Of a DNA stretch of 55,560 bases, positions 1-7,548 are shown piece after piece. A program made the translations under genes and the position numbers. The DNA is from an uncultured Thermodesulfobacteriota bacterium (lineage in GTDB: Bacteria; Desulfobacterota; DSWW01; CAZFWM01). The DNA is taken from NCBI GenBank assembly GCA_964522545.1, contig CAZFWM010000002.1, positions 22,289 to 77,848 on the forward strand. The letters run 5' to 3'. Positions within the stretch are counted from its first letter, which is position 1. Each line of letters begins with the position of its first letter. The notes below the pieces were generated by a model, which searched no databases, was not told the DNA's origin, and was given only the letters and a program-made list of their open reading frames with translations.

Positions 1-312
1 GCGCCCGAGGAGAGCATCGAGGTCGAGAGTTCACCGGATGGGGCCGACCGGGTCGCCCCCGACGCGGCCGAGCCCGACGCGCCCGAGGAGAGCATCGAGG
101 TCGAGAGTTCACCGGATGGGGCCGACCGGGTCGCCCCCGACGCGGCCGAGACTGCGGCGGCCGAGGAGAGCATCGAGGTCGAGAGCTCACCGGATGGGGC
201 CGACCGGGTCGCCCCCGACGCGGCCGAGACTGCGGCGCCCGAGGAGAGCATCGAGGTCGAGAGTTCACCGGATGGGGCCGACCGGGTCGCCCCCGATGCG
301 AGCGAGCCCGGC
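1..312 (+). repeat. 78-bp (26-codon) tandem repeat, 4 copies visible
   Basis: Near-identical units start at 1, 79, 157 and 235 (gcg(c/g)ccgaggagagcatcgaggtcgagag...); the last unit diverges after about 297. Confidence 0.95.
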
Positions 313-600
313 ATCGCTTACGAAACGACTGAAGAAGATACCCTCTGGGATCAAGACGAACAGGAAGGAGACGGCCAAGGAGACCTGCCCGACACCCCGG
401 CAAGCCAAGCACCAGCGCAGCCGTCCCCCGGTTCTCCGGATGGTGAAAACCTCGCAGGAGAGACCGAAGAGAGCGGGGATGAAGAACCCGGCTCGGACAG
501 GAATGACACAAAAAGCAACAAATCATACGTTCCGGACGAGGACCTGGATTACGAAGTCCTGGAGATCACCTTGCCAGGAGACGAAAGTAACACTCCTTGA
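1..600 (+). CDS. 3' part of an acidic, repeat-containing protein (5' end outside window)
   Basis: Frame +1 is open from base 1 to TGA at 598-600 and reads APEESIEVESSPDGADRVAPDAAE... to ...DEDLDYEVLEITLPGDESNTP. Third codon positions are GC-rich like the neighbouring genes. The 38..613 ORF in the track is an Arg/Pro-rich shadow frame. Confidence 0.7.
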   Translation, partial: APEESIEVESSPDGADRVAPDAAEPDAPEESIEVESSPDGADRVAPDAAETAAAEESIEVESSPDGADRVAPDAAETAAPEESIEVESSPDGADRVAPDASEPGIAYETTEEDTLWDQDEQEGDGQGDLPDTPASQAPAQPSPGSPDGENLAGETEESGDEEPGSDRNDTKSNKSYVPDEDLDYEVLEITLPGDESNTP

Positions 601-644
601 GATCGGAGCTTGAGACCTAAGCTTGAGATAAGAGGTTGGTTAAT

Positions 645-1487
645 ATGAGTTTGGACATCGATTTTAAAATGGACGATCTCCCGTCAATGCCGCCTATCGC
701 GGCCAAGATCCTGGAGCTGCTATCCGACGAGGAGACTTCGGCCGGCCAGCTCAACCAGGTCATTACGCGGGACCCATCACTCACAACAAAGCTCTTGAAG
801 ATCTCCAACTCGGCCTTTTACGGCCACTCACGAGAGATCAAGACACTCACGGCGGCGATCATGGTCCTGGGCTTCCGCACGATCAAGGATCTGGTGCTGG
901 CCGTCTCACTGAGAGACTACACGAAGAGATTCGGGCTCACGGAAAAGATGCTCTGGGAGCACTCGGTGGGAACGGCCATTGCCGCCCACATGACGGCAAA
1001 GGAGCTTAAACTCGACGACTGGGAAGAGGCGTTCATTTCAGGGCTCCTGCACGACATCGGAAAACTGGCACTCAATATGCTCAAATCGAATGAGTTCACC
1101 ATGGTGATGCAGCTCGTGTACAACAAGGGCATCCCATTCATCGATGCCGAGCGAAAGGTGCTGGGTTACGACCACTCTCTGATAGGGGCCGAGCTGATCA
1201 GGCAGTGGAAGCTGCCGACAAAACAGGAATACGTGGCAGCGTACCATCACAACCTGGAGAGAGCGCACTCCCACGGGGGGAGTGACTCCGACCTGATCCT
1301 CCTGGTGAATTTCGCAGACCTTGTCAGCCACTACCTGGGATTCGGGCAGAGATCCCCCGAGAGCGAGGTCGACCTAATGGGCTCGGCCCTGGCCCGGAAG
1401 TACTCCCTGGAAGCAGAGCAGATCGACCGGTTCACGGATGAGATCCAGACTGCATTCCAACAGGAGCGTTCTATCTTCGGTGCTTGA
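645..1487 (+). CDS. HDOD domain protein
   Basis: LPSMP, DPSLTTKLLKISNSAFYG, LWEHS and GLLHDIGKL motifs; AGAGG RBS before ATG 645. Confidence 0.92.
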   Translation: MSLDIDFKMDDLPSMPPIAAKILELLSDEETSAGQLNQVITRDPSLTTKLLKISNSAFYGHSREIKTLTAAIMVLGFRTIKDLVLAVSLRDYTKRFGLTEKMLWEHSVGTAIAAHMTAKELKLDDWEEAFISGLLHDIGKLALNMLKSNEFTMVMQLVYNKGIPFIDAERKVLGYDHSLIGAELIRQWKLPTKQEYVAAYHHNLERAHSHGGSDSDLILLVNFADLVSHYLGFGQRSPESEVDLMGSALARKYSLEAEQIDRFTDEIQTAFQQERSIFGA

Positions 1488-1492
1488 CGGCC

Positions 1493-2281
1493 ATGAGAGA
1501 AAACCAGCGTGAGACATACTGGGTCCAGAATACCACAGGGGCCTGGATCCTCCCGGAAGAGGCGAGAAGTAGGCTCATCCTGGACTATGCGCCCCACATC
1601 CGTCAGATCATCTACCGGATCAGCCCGCGCCTACCCCCCTCGATCGATCTGGAGGATCTCGAGAATTCGGGAATCCTGGGCTTGATGGACGCCATCGAGA
1701 AGTTCGATCCCACCAAAGGGATCCTGTTCAAGACCTATGCAGAATACAGAGTACGGGGCGCCATACTCGACGAGCTCAGGGCCCTCGACTGGGTCTCGCG
1801 TTCGACGCGAAAGAAGATCAACCGGCTCAGTCAGGCCTATGCGGATATCGAGCAGGAACTAGGCAGGGCAGCCACCGAGGAAGAGGTGATGGGGGCCCTG
1901 GGGGTGGACGAAGAAGAATTTTATTCGATGCTCGCCCAGGTCAGCTCGGTGACTCTCATAAGCCTGGACGATCTCAAAGATCCTCTCATGCTGAAAAATC
2001 TGAGCCTTTATAGTGAATCCTCGACTCTGAGCGCTCGGGACATCATCGAGTCGATCGACTTCAACACACTCAGGGCCCTCGTTATCGAAGCCATCGAGGG
2101 ACTGCCCGAGCGGGAGAGGCTCGTTATCGTCCTCTATTATCAAGAGGACCTGAACATGAAGGAGATCGGTGAGGTGATGGATATCACCGAATCGAGGGTC
2201 TCTCAAATCCATACAAGCGCCATCCTTCGGCTCAGGGGCCGGACGAGGCGCCGCCTTATGGGCGAGGGGAGAGAGATATGA
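1493..2281 (+). CDS. fliA: RNA polymerase sigma-28 factor FliA/WhiG
   Basis: GILGLMDAIEKFDP, FKTYAEYRVRGAILDELRALDWV and EIGEVMDITESRVSQIH; flagellar context. Start could be TTG 1484. Confidence 0.95.
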   Translation: MRENQRETYWVQNTTGAWILPEEARSRLILDYAPHIRQIIYRISPRLPPSIDLEDLENSGILGLMDAIEKFDPTKGILFKTYAEYRVRGAILDELRALDWVSRSTRKKINRLSQAYADIEQELGRAATEEEVMGALGVDEEEFYSMLAQVSSVTLISLDDLKDPLMLKNLSLYSESSTLSARDIIESIDFNTLRALVIEAIEGLPERERLVIVLYYQEDLNMKEIGEVMDITESRVSQIHTSAILRLRGRTRRRLMGEGREI

Positions 2282-2547
2282 CGTCGCCGACAGACCGGGT
2301 GAACCCGGCTACTGTCCCTCAAATCTCGATTCCGAGAACACAGCGTATCTCGAAGGACAAGCACCAGGGGTCGAACCCGAAACGCCAGTTCGACCTAGCC
2401 GACGCAGAGGGTGAGGAAGAGGCCTTGGAGACAGGGCCTCAATCCAAGGAGCCGGAATCTCCTCCTCCGGAGGAGCAGGAGGCGGGGGACCGCAAAAAGG
2501 CGGACCCCGACAGCAAGATCGGACGTATCATCGATGTGAAGGTATAG
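2278..2547 (+). CDS. Small hypothetical protein coupled to fliA
   Basis: ATGA overlap with the fliA stop; low-complexity body and C-terminal GRIIDVKV, a G-x-x-I-D-V tail seen in small flagellar-locus proteins. Confidence 0.65.
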   Translation: MTSPTDRVNPATVPQISIPRTQRISKDKHQGSNPKRQFDLADAEGEEEALETGPQSKEPESPPPEEQEAGDRKKADPDSKIGRIIDVKV

Positions 2548-2579
2548 AGGCGCCGCATAAACATATGCGGCGCCTCTAT
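2544..2579. terminator. 16-bp stem-loop, probable terminator
   Basis: atagaggcgccgcata-aaca-tatgcggcgcctctat directly at the stop of 2278..2547. Confidence 0.6.
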
Positions 2580-2802
2580 TGAGCAAATGAATACTTTCAT
2601 GTTTCAAGGGTTTTTGGACATTTTTTTAATGATAGGACTGTACGAATACTGGATAACAATTTAGCAAAAATGTCGTTCAGAATTTTTCAAGCTTTTTAGA
2701 TTTACGCCCAATTCAGGTTCTATGAGATCCACAAGCGAGGTCATTATGAAAAATTTCATGCTCCAAACTCCGGTCCGCAACATGAAAGAATTCATTTGCC
2801 GT

Positions 2803-2844
2803 ATATAACTGGCGCATGAATTATAATTCATGCGCCAGTTATAT
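2803..2844. repeat. Perfect 42-bp palindrome with no spacer
   Basis: atataactggcgcatgaatta|taattcatgcgccagttatat. Confidence 0.95.
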
Positions 2845-2859
2845 GAGGTGCAGGTCACC

Positions 2860-3414
2860 ATGATCACCATGTGGACAGGAATCCAGATCGCTATCGATGT
2901 GCTGCTGGGCGGTGCAATCATCGCCATGCTCCTGCGCACCCGATCAAAGACTGCCCCAAACAAGGGGGGCGCTTCCCCCATGCCCGAGGAGATCGCCGAG
3001 CTTTTGGACACCCTCTATCACCTGATCAGGGAGCTCGAGGCGTGGGACCGCCGTCTCTCTGAGGGAATCGAGGACAAGGAGGATCGCATCAAGACCCTCA
3101 TGAAGGAGCTCGACGCAAAGAGGACCATGCTGGAGCCGATGCTCGGCCGGGCCGAGAAGGCTATTCCCTCCGGTAAGCCGAATTCCGGCGGGGAGCAGAG
3201 CCCCGGCAAGGCCGGCCCCGGCGAAAAACGCGGCCATGACCGTGGGGATCGGACCGGCACCCGTGACAGCGGGGAAGATCGCTACGGGCAAGTGTTGCGC
3301 CTGGCCGGGGAAGGCCTGAGTGTCGATGAAATCGCCTCGCAGGTCCGGATGAGCCGGGAGGAGATCTCCCTGATCCTCGATCTCATGCGCAAAAAGAGGA
3401 AAAAGCCGGGTTGA
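2860..3414 (+). CDS. Membrane-anchored coiled-coil protein with C-terminal HTH-like motif (DUF2802/DUF6115-like)
   Basis: N-terminal TM helix, coiled coil and C-terminal YGQVLRLAGEGLSVDEIASQVRMSREEISLIL; GAGGTG upstream of ATG 2860. Confidence 0.7.
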   Translation: MITMWTGIQIAIDVLLGGAIIAMLLRTRSKTAPNKGGASPMPEEIAELLDTLYHLIRELEAWDRRLSEGIEDKEDRIKTLMKELDAKRTMLEPMLGRAEKAIPSGKPNSGGEQSPGKAGPGEKRGHDRGDRTGTRDSGEDRYGQVLRLAGEGLSVDEIASQVRMSREEISLILDLMRKKRKKPG

Positions 3415-3438
3415 CCCTAACGTTGCGGCGTCTTTGTT

Positions 3439-4629
3439 ATGGAAAGAATCTTATTTCTGATCGTCGACCCTGTTCCCGGCATGCGACGCGCCATACGGAG
3501 CATGCTCTGGAGCATTGGGTGTAAGAGGGTCCTTGATGCCCCTGACGGCCAGACAGCCTGGCGGCTCTTGAACAGGGAAGGAACTGTGGGCTTCATCGTC
3601 GCAGACTGGACGCCCCCCAGCAATATGGCCATAGAGCTGCTGGATCGGGTGCGAAAGGAGCCGATGTTCAGCTCCATCCCTTTCCTCCTCCTCGTGGGTG
3701 CCGTGAGCCCTACAATCGTGGCCAGGGCGGCCGAGACCGAGGTTGACGGCTGCATCATCAAGCCTTTTATATTAAAGACTCTCGAGGAGAAGATCACAAC
3801 CATACTCAACCGGAGAGAGAAACCCGGGCCGGCTGAAGACCACATTCGTCGCGGCGAGATCTTTATCGCCGGGCATCTCTATTCCGAGGCGCTCCATGAG
3901 TTCAAAACGGCGCTGGCTCTCTTCCCGAACAGCGCCCGGATCCGCACGCGCATCGGCCAGATCTATGAAAAGATCGGCTTCGATACGGAAGCGAGGCGGC
4001 AATATATAGAAGCGACGGAGAAGAATCCCAAGTATGTGAAGGCGCATCAGACCCTCGGCGATTTCTACGAAAAGCTTCACCGGCACGATGACGCCATCGT
4101 CGCGCTGGAGCGGGCGAGCCGGATCAGCCCGCAAAATCCGGATCGCCAGATGCAGCTTGGGAAGGCCTACCTCGAGATCGGACTGATCGAGGAAGCGGAG
4201 CAGCGATTTGAAAAGGCTGTCGAGCTTGACCCTGCCAATATGGATCGCAAGATAGACATTGCCGAAGCCTACTATGAAAAGGACTATACTTATCAGGCCA
4301 TCAATGCATTCAAGGCATCCCTCCAGACGGGCCGCGTGCCCGCCCACCTGTACAACCGGATCGGAATCGCCCTGCGCCGAGAAGGTAACTTGGAGGAGGC
4401 CATTCACTTTTACAACAATGCGATCCGGCTATCACCCGGGGACGAAGTGATTCACTATAATCTCGCCCGGGCCTACATGGAGAACGATGAGCGTAGTCTG
4501 GCCCTGAAATCGCTTCAAAAGGCACTGCATCTCCGCCCTGATTTCGATGAAGCCAAGGCAATGATGAGCCGCCTCACACAGGATGAGAGTGACCATGGAA
4601 AAGCAGAAAGCAGAAATCGACAAGACTGA
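3439..4629 (+). CDS. CheY-like receiver domain + TPR repeat protein
   Basis: Receiver motifs (LIVD, IVADW, IIKPF) followed by many TPR motifs (e.g. YNRIGIALRREG, HYNLARAY). Confidence 0.88.
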   Translation: MERILFLIVDPVPGMRRAIRSMLWSIGCKRVLDAPDGQTAWRLLNREGTVGFIVADWTPPSNMAIELLDRVRKEPMFSSIPFLLLVGAVSPTIVARAAETEVDGCIIKPFILKTLEEKITTILNRREKPGPAEDHIRRGEIFIAGHLYSEALHEFKTALALFPNSARIRTRIGQIYEKIGFDTEARRQYIEATEKNPKYVKAHQTLGDFYEKLHRHDDAIVALERASRISPQNPDRQMQLGKAYLEIGLIEEAEQRFEKAVELDPANMDRKIDIAEAYYEKDYTYQAINAFKASLQTGRVPAHLYNRIGIALRREGNLEEAIHFYNNAIRLSPGDEVIHYNLARAYMENDERSLALKSLQKALHLRPDFDEAKAMMSRLTQDESDHGKAESRNRQD

Positions 4630-5206
4630 GCTGCCGGATGACATCCACGCCGTGGAGGAAGACGCCGGCAAGGACGAAGCGCAATCGGCGGCGATGCACC
4701 CGCTTATACGCAGGGATCTCATCCTGATAGCATGCCTGGTCCTTTCAGGCATGGCGGGCGGAGTCGCCTTTGGGGTCCTGCACCCCAGGCTCTCGCCCCC
4801 CGTTGCTGCTCCATCCCCCGAATCCACAACGCCGGCGGTGGGCGAGGATGTCTTCTCGATGGAAGGGCCGGATCAAATCATGCCCTGCATCCTCGAGCCC
4901 TTCTTGCTCGCTTCCGAAGACGCTTTTTTCAGGGTACAATTTACCATGGAGCTGGAATCGGAGGTGGTCCTTTCAGAGGTCCGAGACAGGAAGACTGAGA
5001 TAAGAGCCGAGATCTACCGGCTTCTCAAGGATAGCGAGCCGATCGATGTGATCAGCCGCGATCGCTCGCTCAAGAGCAGGCTCCTGGATGCGGTGAACCA
5101 GAGCCTCAGGAGCGGCCAAGCTCTCAGAGTCGATTTCAACATCCTCCACGATCAGGAACAGGCGCCGCTAGATCCTCTTCTCACCCCTGGGGCCGTGGGC
5201 GAGTAG
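4595..5206 (+). CDS. fliL: Flagellar basal body-associated FliL family protein
   Basis: Single TM helix, then LEPFLL...FFRVQFTMEL...EIRAEIYRLL...LKSRLLDAVN, the FliL pattern. Confidence 0.75.
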   Translation: MEKQKAEIDKTELPDDIHAVEEDAGKDEAQSAAMHPLIRRDLILIACLVLSGMAGGVAFGVLHPRLSPPVAAPSPESTTPAVGEDVFSMEGPDQIMPCILEPFLLASEDAFFRVQFTMELESEVVLSEVRDRKTEIRAEIYRLLKDSEPIDVISRDRSLKSRLLDAVNQSLRSGQALRVDFNILHDQEQAPLDPLLTPGAVGE

Positions 5207-5347
5207 GAATTCGCGCATGGCCTCGAGAGCCAGCGTCCGTGAGGTGCGATCCTTGCTAAAGATCCGCCGTGCCTCTACCATGAAGGTTTCGTTCAACTCT
5301 TTGATGGTGAGGGAGATCGGCCTGCTCCCGTTGACGTAGATGATCAT
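5168..5347 (-). CDS. 59-aa hypothetical protein downstream of a sigma28-type promoter
   Basis: GGAGGTG RBS before ATG 5347; MIIYVNGSRPISLTIKELNETF...; overlaps the fliL 3' end convergently. Confidence 0.5.
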   Translation of the reverse strand: MIIYVNGSRPISLTIKELNETFMVEARRIFSKDRTSRTLALEAMREFLLAHGPRGEKRI

Positions 5348-5442
5348 GAATCCTTCACCTCCCAACGTATCGTAACCCCCTAAATAAATAGACACCCGAC
5401 CGGCTCTCCTCATTACAAAAGAGACTGTGGTCCCTACTCTAT

Positions 5443-5469
5443 TTATCGGAATTTCAGTGGGGATCTTGA
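5443..5469 (-). promoter_or_regulatory. Sigma28-type promoter
   Basis: Minus strand TCAA-N15-TCCGATAA versus consensus TAAA-N15-GCCGATAA. Confidence 0.6.
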
Positions 5470-5576
5470 GTCCGACTTGGTCCTTGCGGCTTTTATCCCT
5501 ATGTAGCTTTCCAAATAATAAGCGGGACGTGCGGGGATATCTCGAGATGAAGTTAATGAATTCAGGAAGAAAAGGG

Positions 5577-5596
5577 TGTTGAACTGTTAGTTGGGC
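5577..5596 (-). other. Truncated attC (R''-spacer-L'' half only)
   Basis: Minus strand GCCCAAC-TAACA-GTTCAACA; R'' is complementary to the cassette start GTTGGGC at 7459; no L'/R' follows. Confidence 0.6.
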
Positions 5597-5819
5597 TTTC
5601 CTGCCCTCGCGTCCTCAATGTCACTCGGGAGTCGTCTATGTCCTTCTCCTCGGGCCCGTTTCGCGCCTAGTTCAGGACAGACGCGGATTTTGGGCCAACA
5701 TGGCCCGATGGATGGCCCGATTACCGTTGTTACGCTATCCTGGTCCGAGAATCGGGCCGTTTCGGCCCGTTGAATGGCCCGATCTAAGAAAGGGCGTAGG
5801 CCAACCGATCCTTCCGTCG

Positions 5820-7304
5820 TCATGGGCGGATCACCTCATACCGAGTTGCCCTGCCGGCACCGGTCATCTTTAGCAATCCCAGTTTGGTCAGCTTCCGGAT
5901 ATGGTTCTTGGCTGTCCGATTGGGAAGCTTCATTGCCTTCTCGTATTCGGCGGTCGCCACCGAGTTGCGCTTCGAAATCCACTTCCAGCCGACGAGCTCG
6001 GATTTGTTGAGCTGTTCCCGGATTTCGCTGGGCAACGTGGAGACTGCCGATTCTCGGCTCCGGTAGATCGTAAGCACGAGGTAGTCGCCGGCCAGGGCGA
6101 AAGTCGGCAGGGGAAGGTTAAGCCTCTGCGCCTGGCCCTTCAGGCTCTTCTCCAAGCCGAATCCCTGCTCCTCGGCCATCCCCATGCGGGCGAACGTGTA
6201 ATGCAGAACAGGATTCCGGCTCTTCATCGGCGCCGTAAACGACTGGAGTTCTTCAAGAGTGACCGGTGGAATTGGCCCACCGGGACTCTTGACTGTAATA
6301 GTATCCGCGTTCACCACGAGCTGGCATTTCTGCCCGGCGAGGTCATAGTCGCGATGGATCAGTGCATTGACCACGGCCTCGCGGATCATGTCGAACGGCA
6401 AATCCACTTCCTCCTTCCGTTCCATGCGGCGCCGGTCGATGGTGCTTGGAAGCACAGTGTTCAGCCACTTTTCCAGGAGGTCTGGAATGAGCACCAGGGC
6501 CTGACCGAATTCCTTCCGCGACGACGATCCATCCGGCAAATCCGCCCGCGCCAGCAGCCCGGCCTGCGGCATGGCGTTGCGCGCCTGCTTGCCGAACAGG
6601 AGCAACCCAAAGCCGCTGGGCGTCGCCGCGTCGCCGTCGCCCACGAGCACTCCCTGCTGTCGGAGCATTCGCAAGAACTCATGCGAGCCCACCTCTGGAA
6701 TCAGTTTTGCTTTCGAACGATAGCGTTTCAGCGCTTGCCGGGAGAGATCCTCCAGAGCCACCGCCGTCATTGGGTCTTCGTACATCGAGAGCTTGATCGG
6801 CTCCTCTTTTGGCCTCGCCGGTTGCAGCCGCGTCCATGCGAAAAACTCCTGATTCTCTGCCAGAATCTCGTCCTGAAGGTCGCGGTCGAACATGTGGACT
6901 GTCACACCGTGGCGGCGGAGGTGCTCGATGCCCTTCCCCGCCACGCGCGGGTTGTCGTCCTCGAGACCCACATAGACCTCCTTGATGCGAGCGCTGACGA
7001 TGTGTCGCGCGCAGCCACGTTTGGGCTCGTTGCGGTCGAGACAGGGCTCGAGAGTTGTAAAGAGTGCGCAACCATCCAGCCGTTCTCCAGGGCACTTACG
7101 CTCAAGCAGAATGAACTCGGCATGATCGCCATCGCGCAGTTCCCCCCGCGCCGCCGTCACAACCGAACCGTCCGGCCGCACCAGCACGGCACCCACCGAC
7201 GGACTCGGCGACCCGTCAGGCCGGTGTTCAGGCACCGACTGGCGCATAACCTCAATCGCCTTCTTCATCATCGAGCGCGAATCGATCTTCCCTTTCGCTG
7301 GCAT
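5820..7304 (-). CDS. RibD-like Zn-dependent deaminase fused to HATPase_c_4 (RecG C-terminal-like) and winged HTH
   Basis: PSVGAVLV, DHAEF and TLEPCLDRNEPKRGC (deaminase); REAVVNALIHRDY, SPGG, RNPVL and EEQGFG (HATPase_c_4); RTAKNHIRKLTKLGLLKMTGAGRATRY (wHTH). No RibD reductase domain. Confidence 0.85.
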   Translation of the reverse strand: MPAKGKIDSRSMMKKAIEVMRQSVPEHRPDGSPSPSVGAVLVRPDGSVVTAARGELRDGDHAEFILLERKCPGERLDGCALFTTLEPCLDRNEPKRGCARHIVSARIKEVYVGLEDDNPRVAGKGIEHLRRHGVTVHMFDRDLQDEILAENQEFFAWTRLQPARPKEEPIKLSMYEDPMTAVALEDLSRQALKRYRSKAKLIPEVGSHEFLRMLRQQGVLVGDGDAATPSGFGLLLFGKQARNAMPQAGLLARADLPDGSSSRKEFGQALVLIPDLLEKWLNTVLPSTIDRRRMERKEEVDLPFDMIREAVVNALIHRDYDLAGQKCQLVVNADTITVKSPGGPIPPVTLEELQSFTAPMKSRNPVLHYTFARMGMAEEQGFGLEKSLKGQAQRLNLPLPTFALAGDYLVLTIYRSRESAVSTLPSEIREQLNKSELVGWKWISKRNSVATAEYEKAMKLPNRTAKNHIRKLTKLGLLKMTGAGRATRYEVIRP

Positions 7305-7452
7305 GATCAGGTCTCCCCGGCGATTACCGTACTCCGATCGTCATCATCATTACCATCATCATTGTCGTCACCGCTACTATGGTCGTTGCTATCACCGTCA
7401 CCTAGCCCTCCCCCGCCGCGTAATCGCACCATTCTTTGCAGCATCACTTCCA

Positions 7453-7508
7453 GCCCAACGACTCGCGTCACCGGCGCGCGAATAGCGCGTACAGTGCACG
7501 CGTTATGC
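7453..7508 (-). other. attC site with shortened R''-L'' spacer
   Basis: Minus strand GCATAAC-G-CGTGCACT...GGTGACG-CGAGTC-GTTGGGC; L''/L' pair with an extrahelical G; spacer is 1 nt instead of the usual 5. Confidence 0.75.
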
Positions 7509-7548
7509 GATACTTATGCATGTCCAATCGCTAACTGTTTACTTCCGA

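Noticed and set aside
1-312. Possible CRISPR array
   Set aside because: Units are contiguous near-identical 78-mers with no unique spacers, lie in a coding frame, and no cas genes are present.
38-613. 191-aa Arg/Pro-rich ORF in the track
   Set aside because: Shadow frame of the 78-bp repeat; frame +1 has the codon bias of a real gene.
5587-5823. 78-aa ORF and ggcccg short repeats after the deaminase
   Set aside because: No recognisable motif; the repeats are short and irregular, so I cannot support a gene or element.
5820-7304. Calling the deaminase ribD, or the gene recG
   Set aside because: No reductase domain, no riboflavin context and no helicase motifs.
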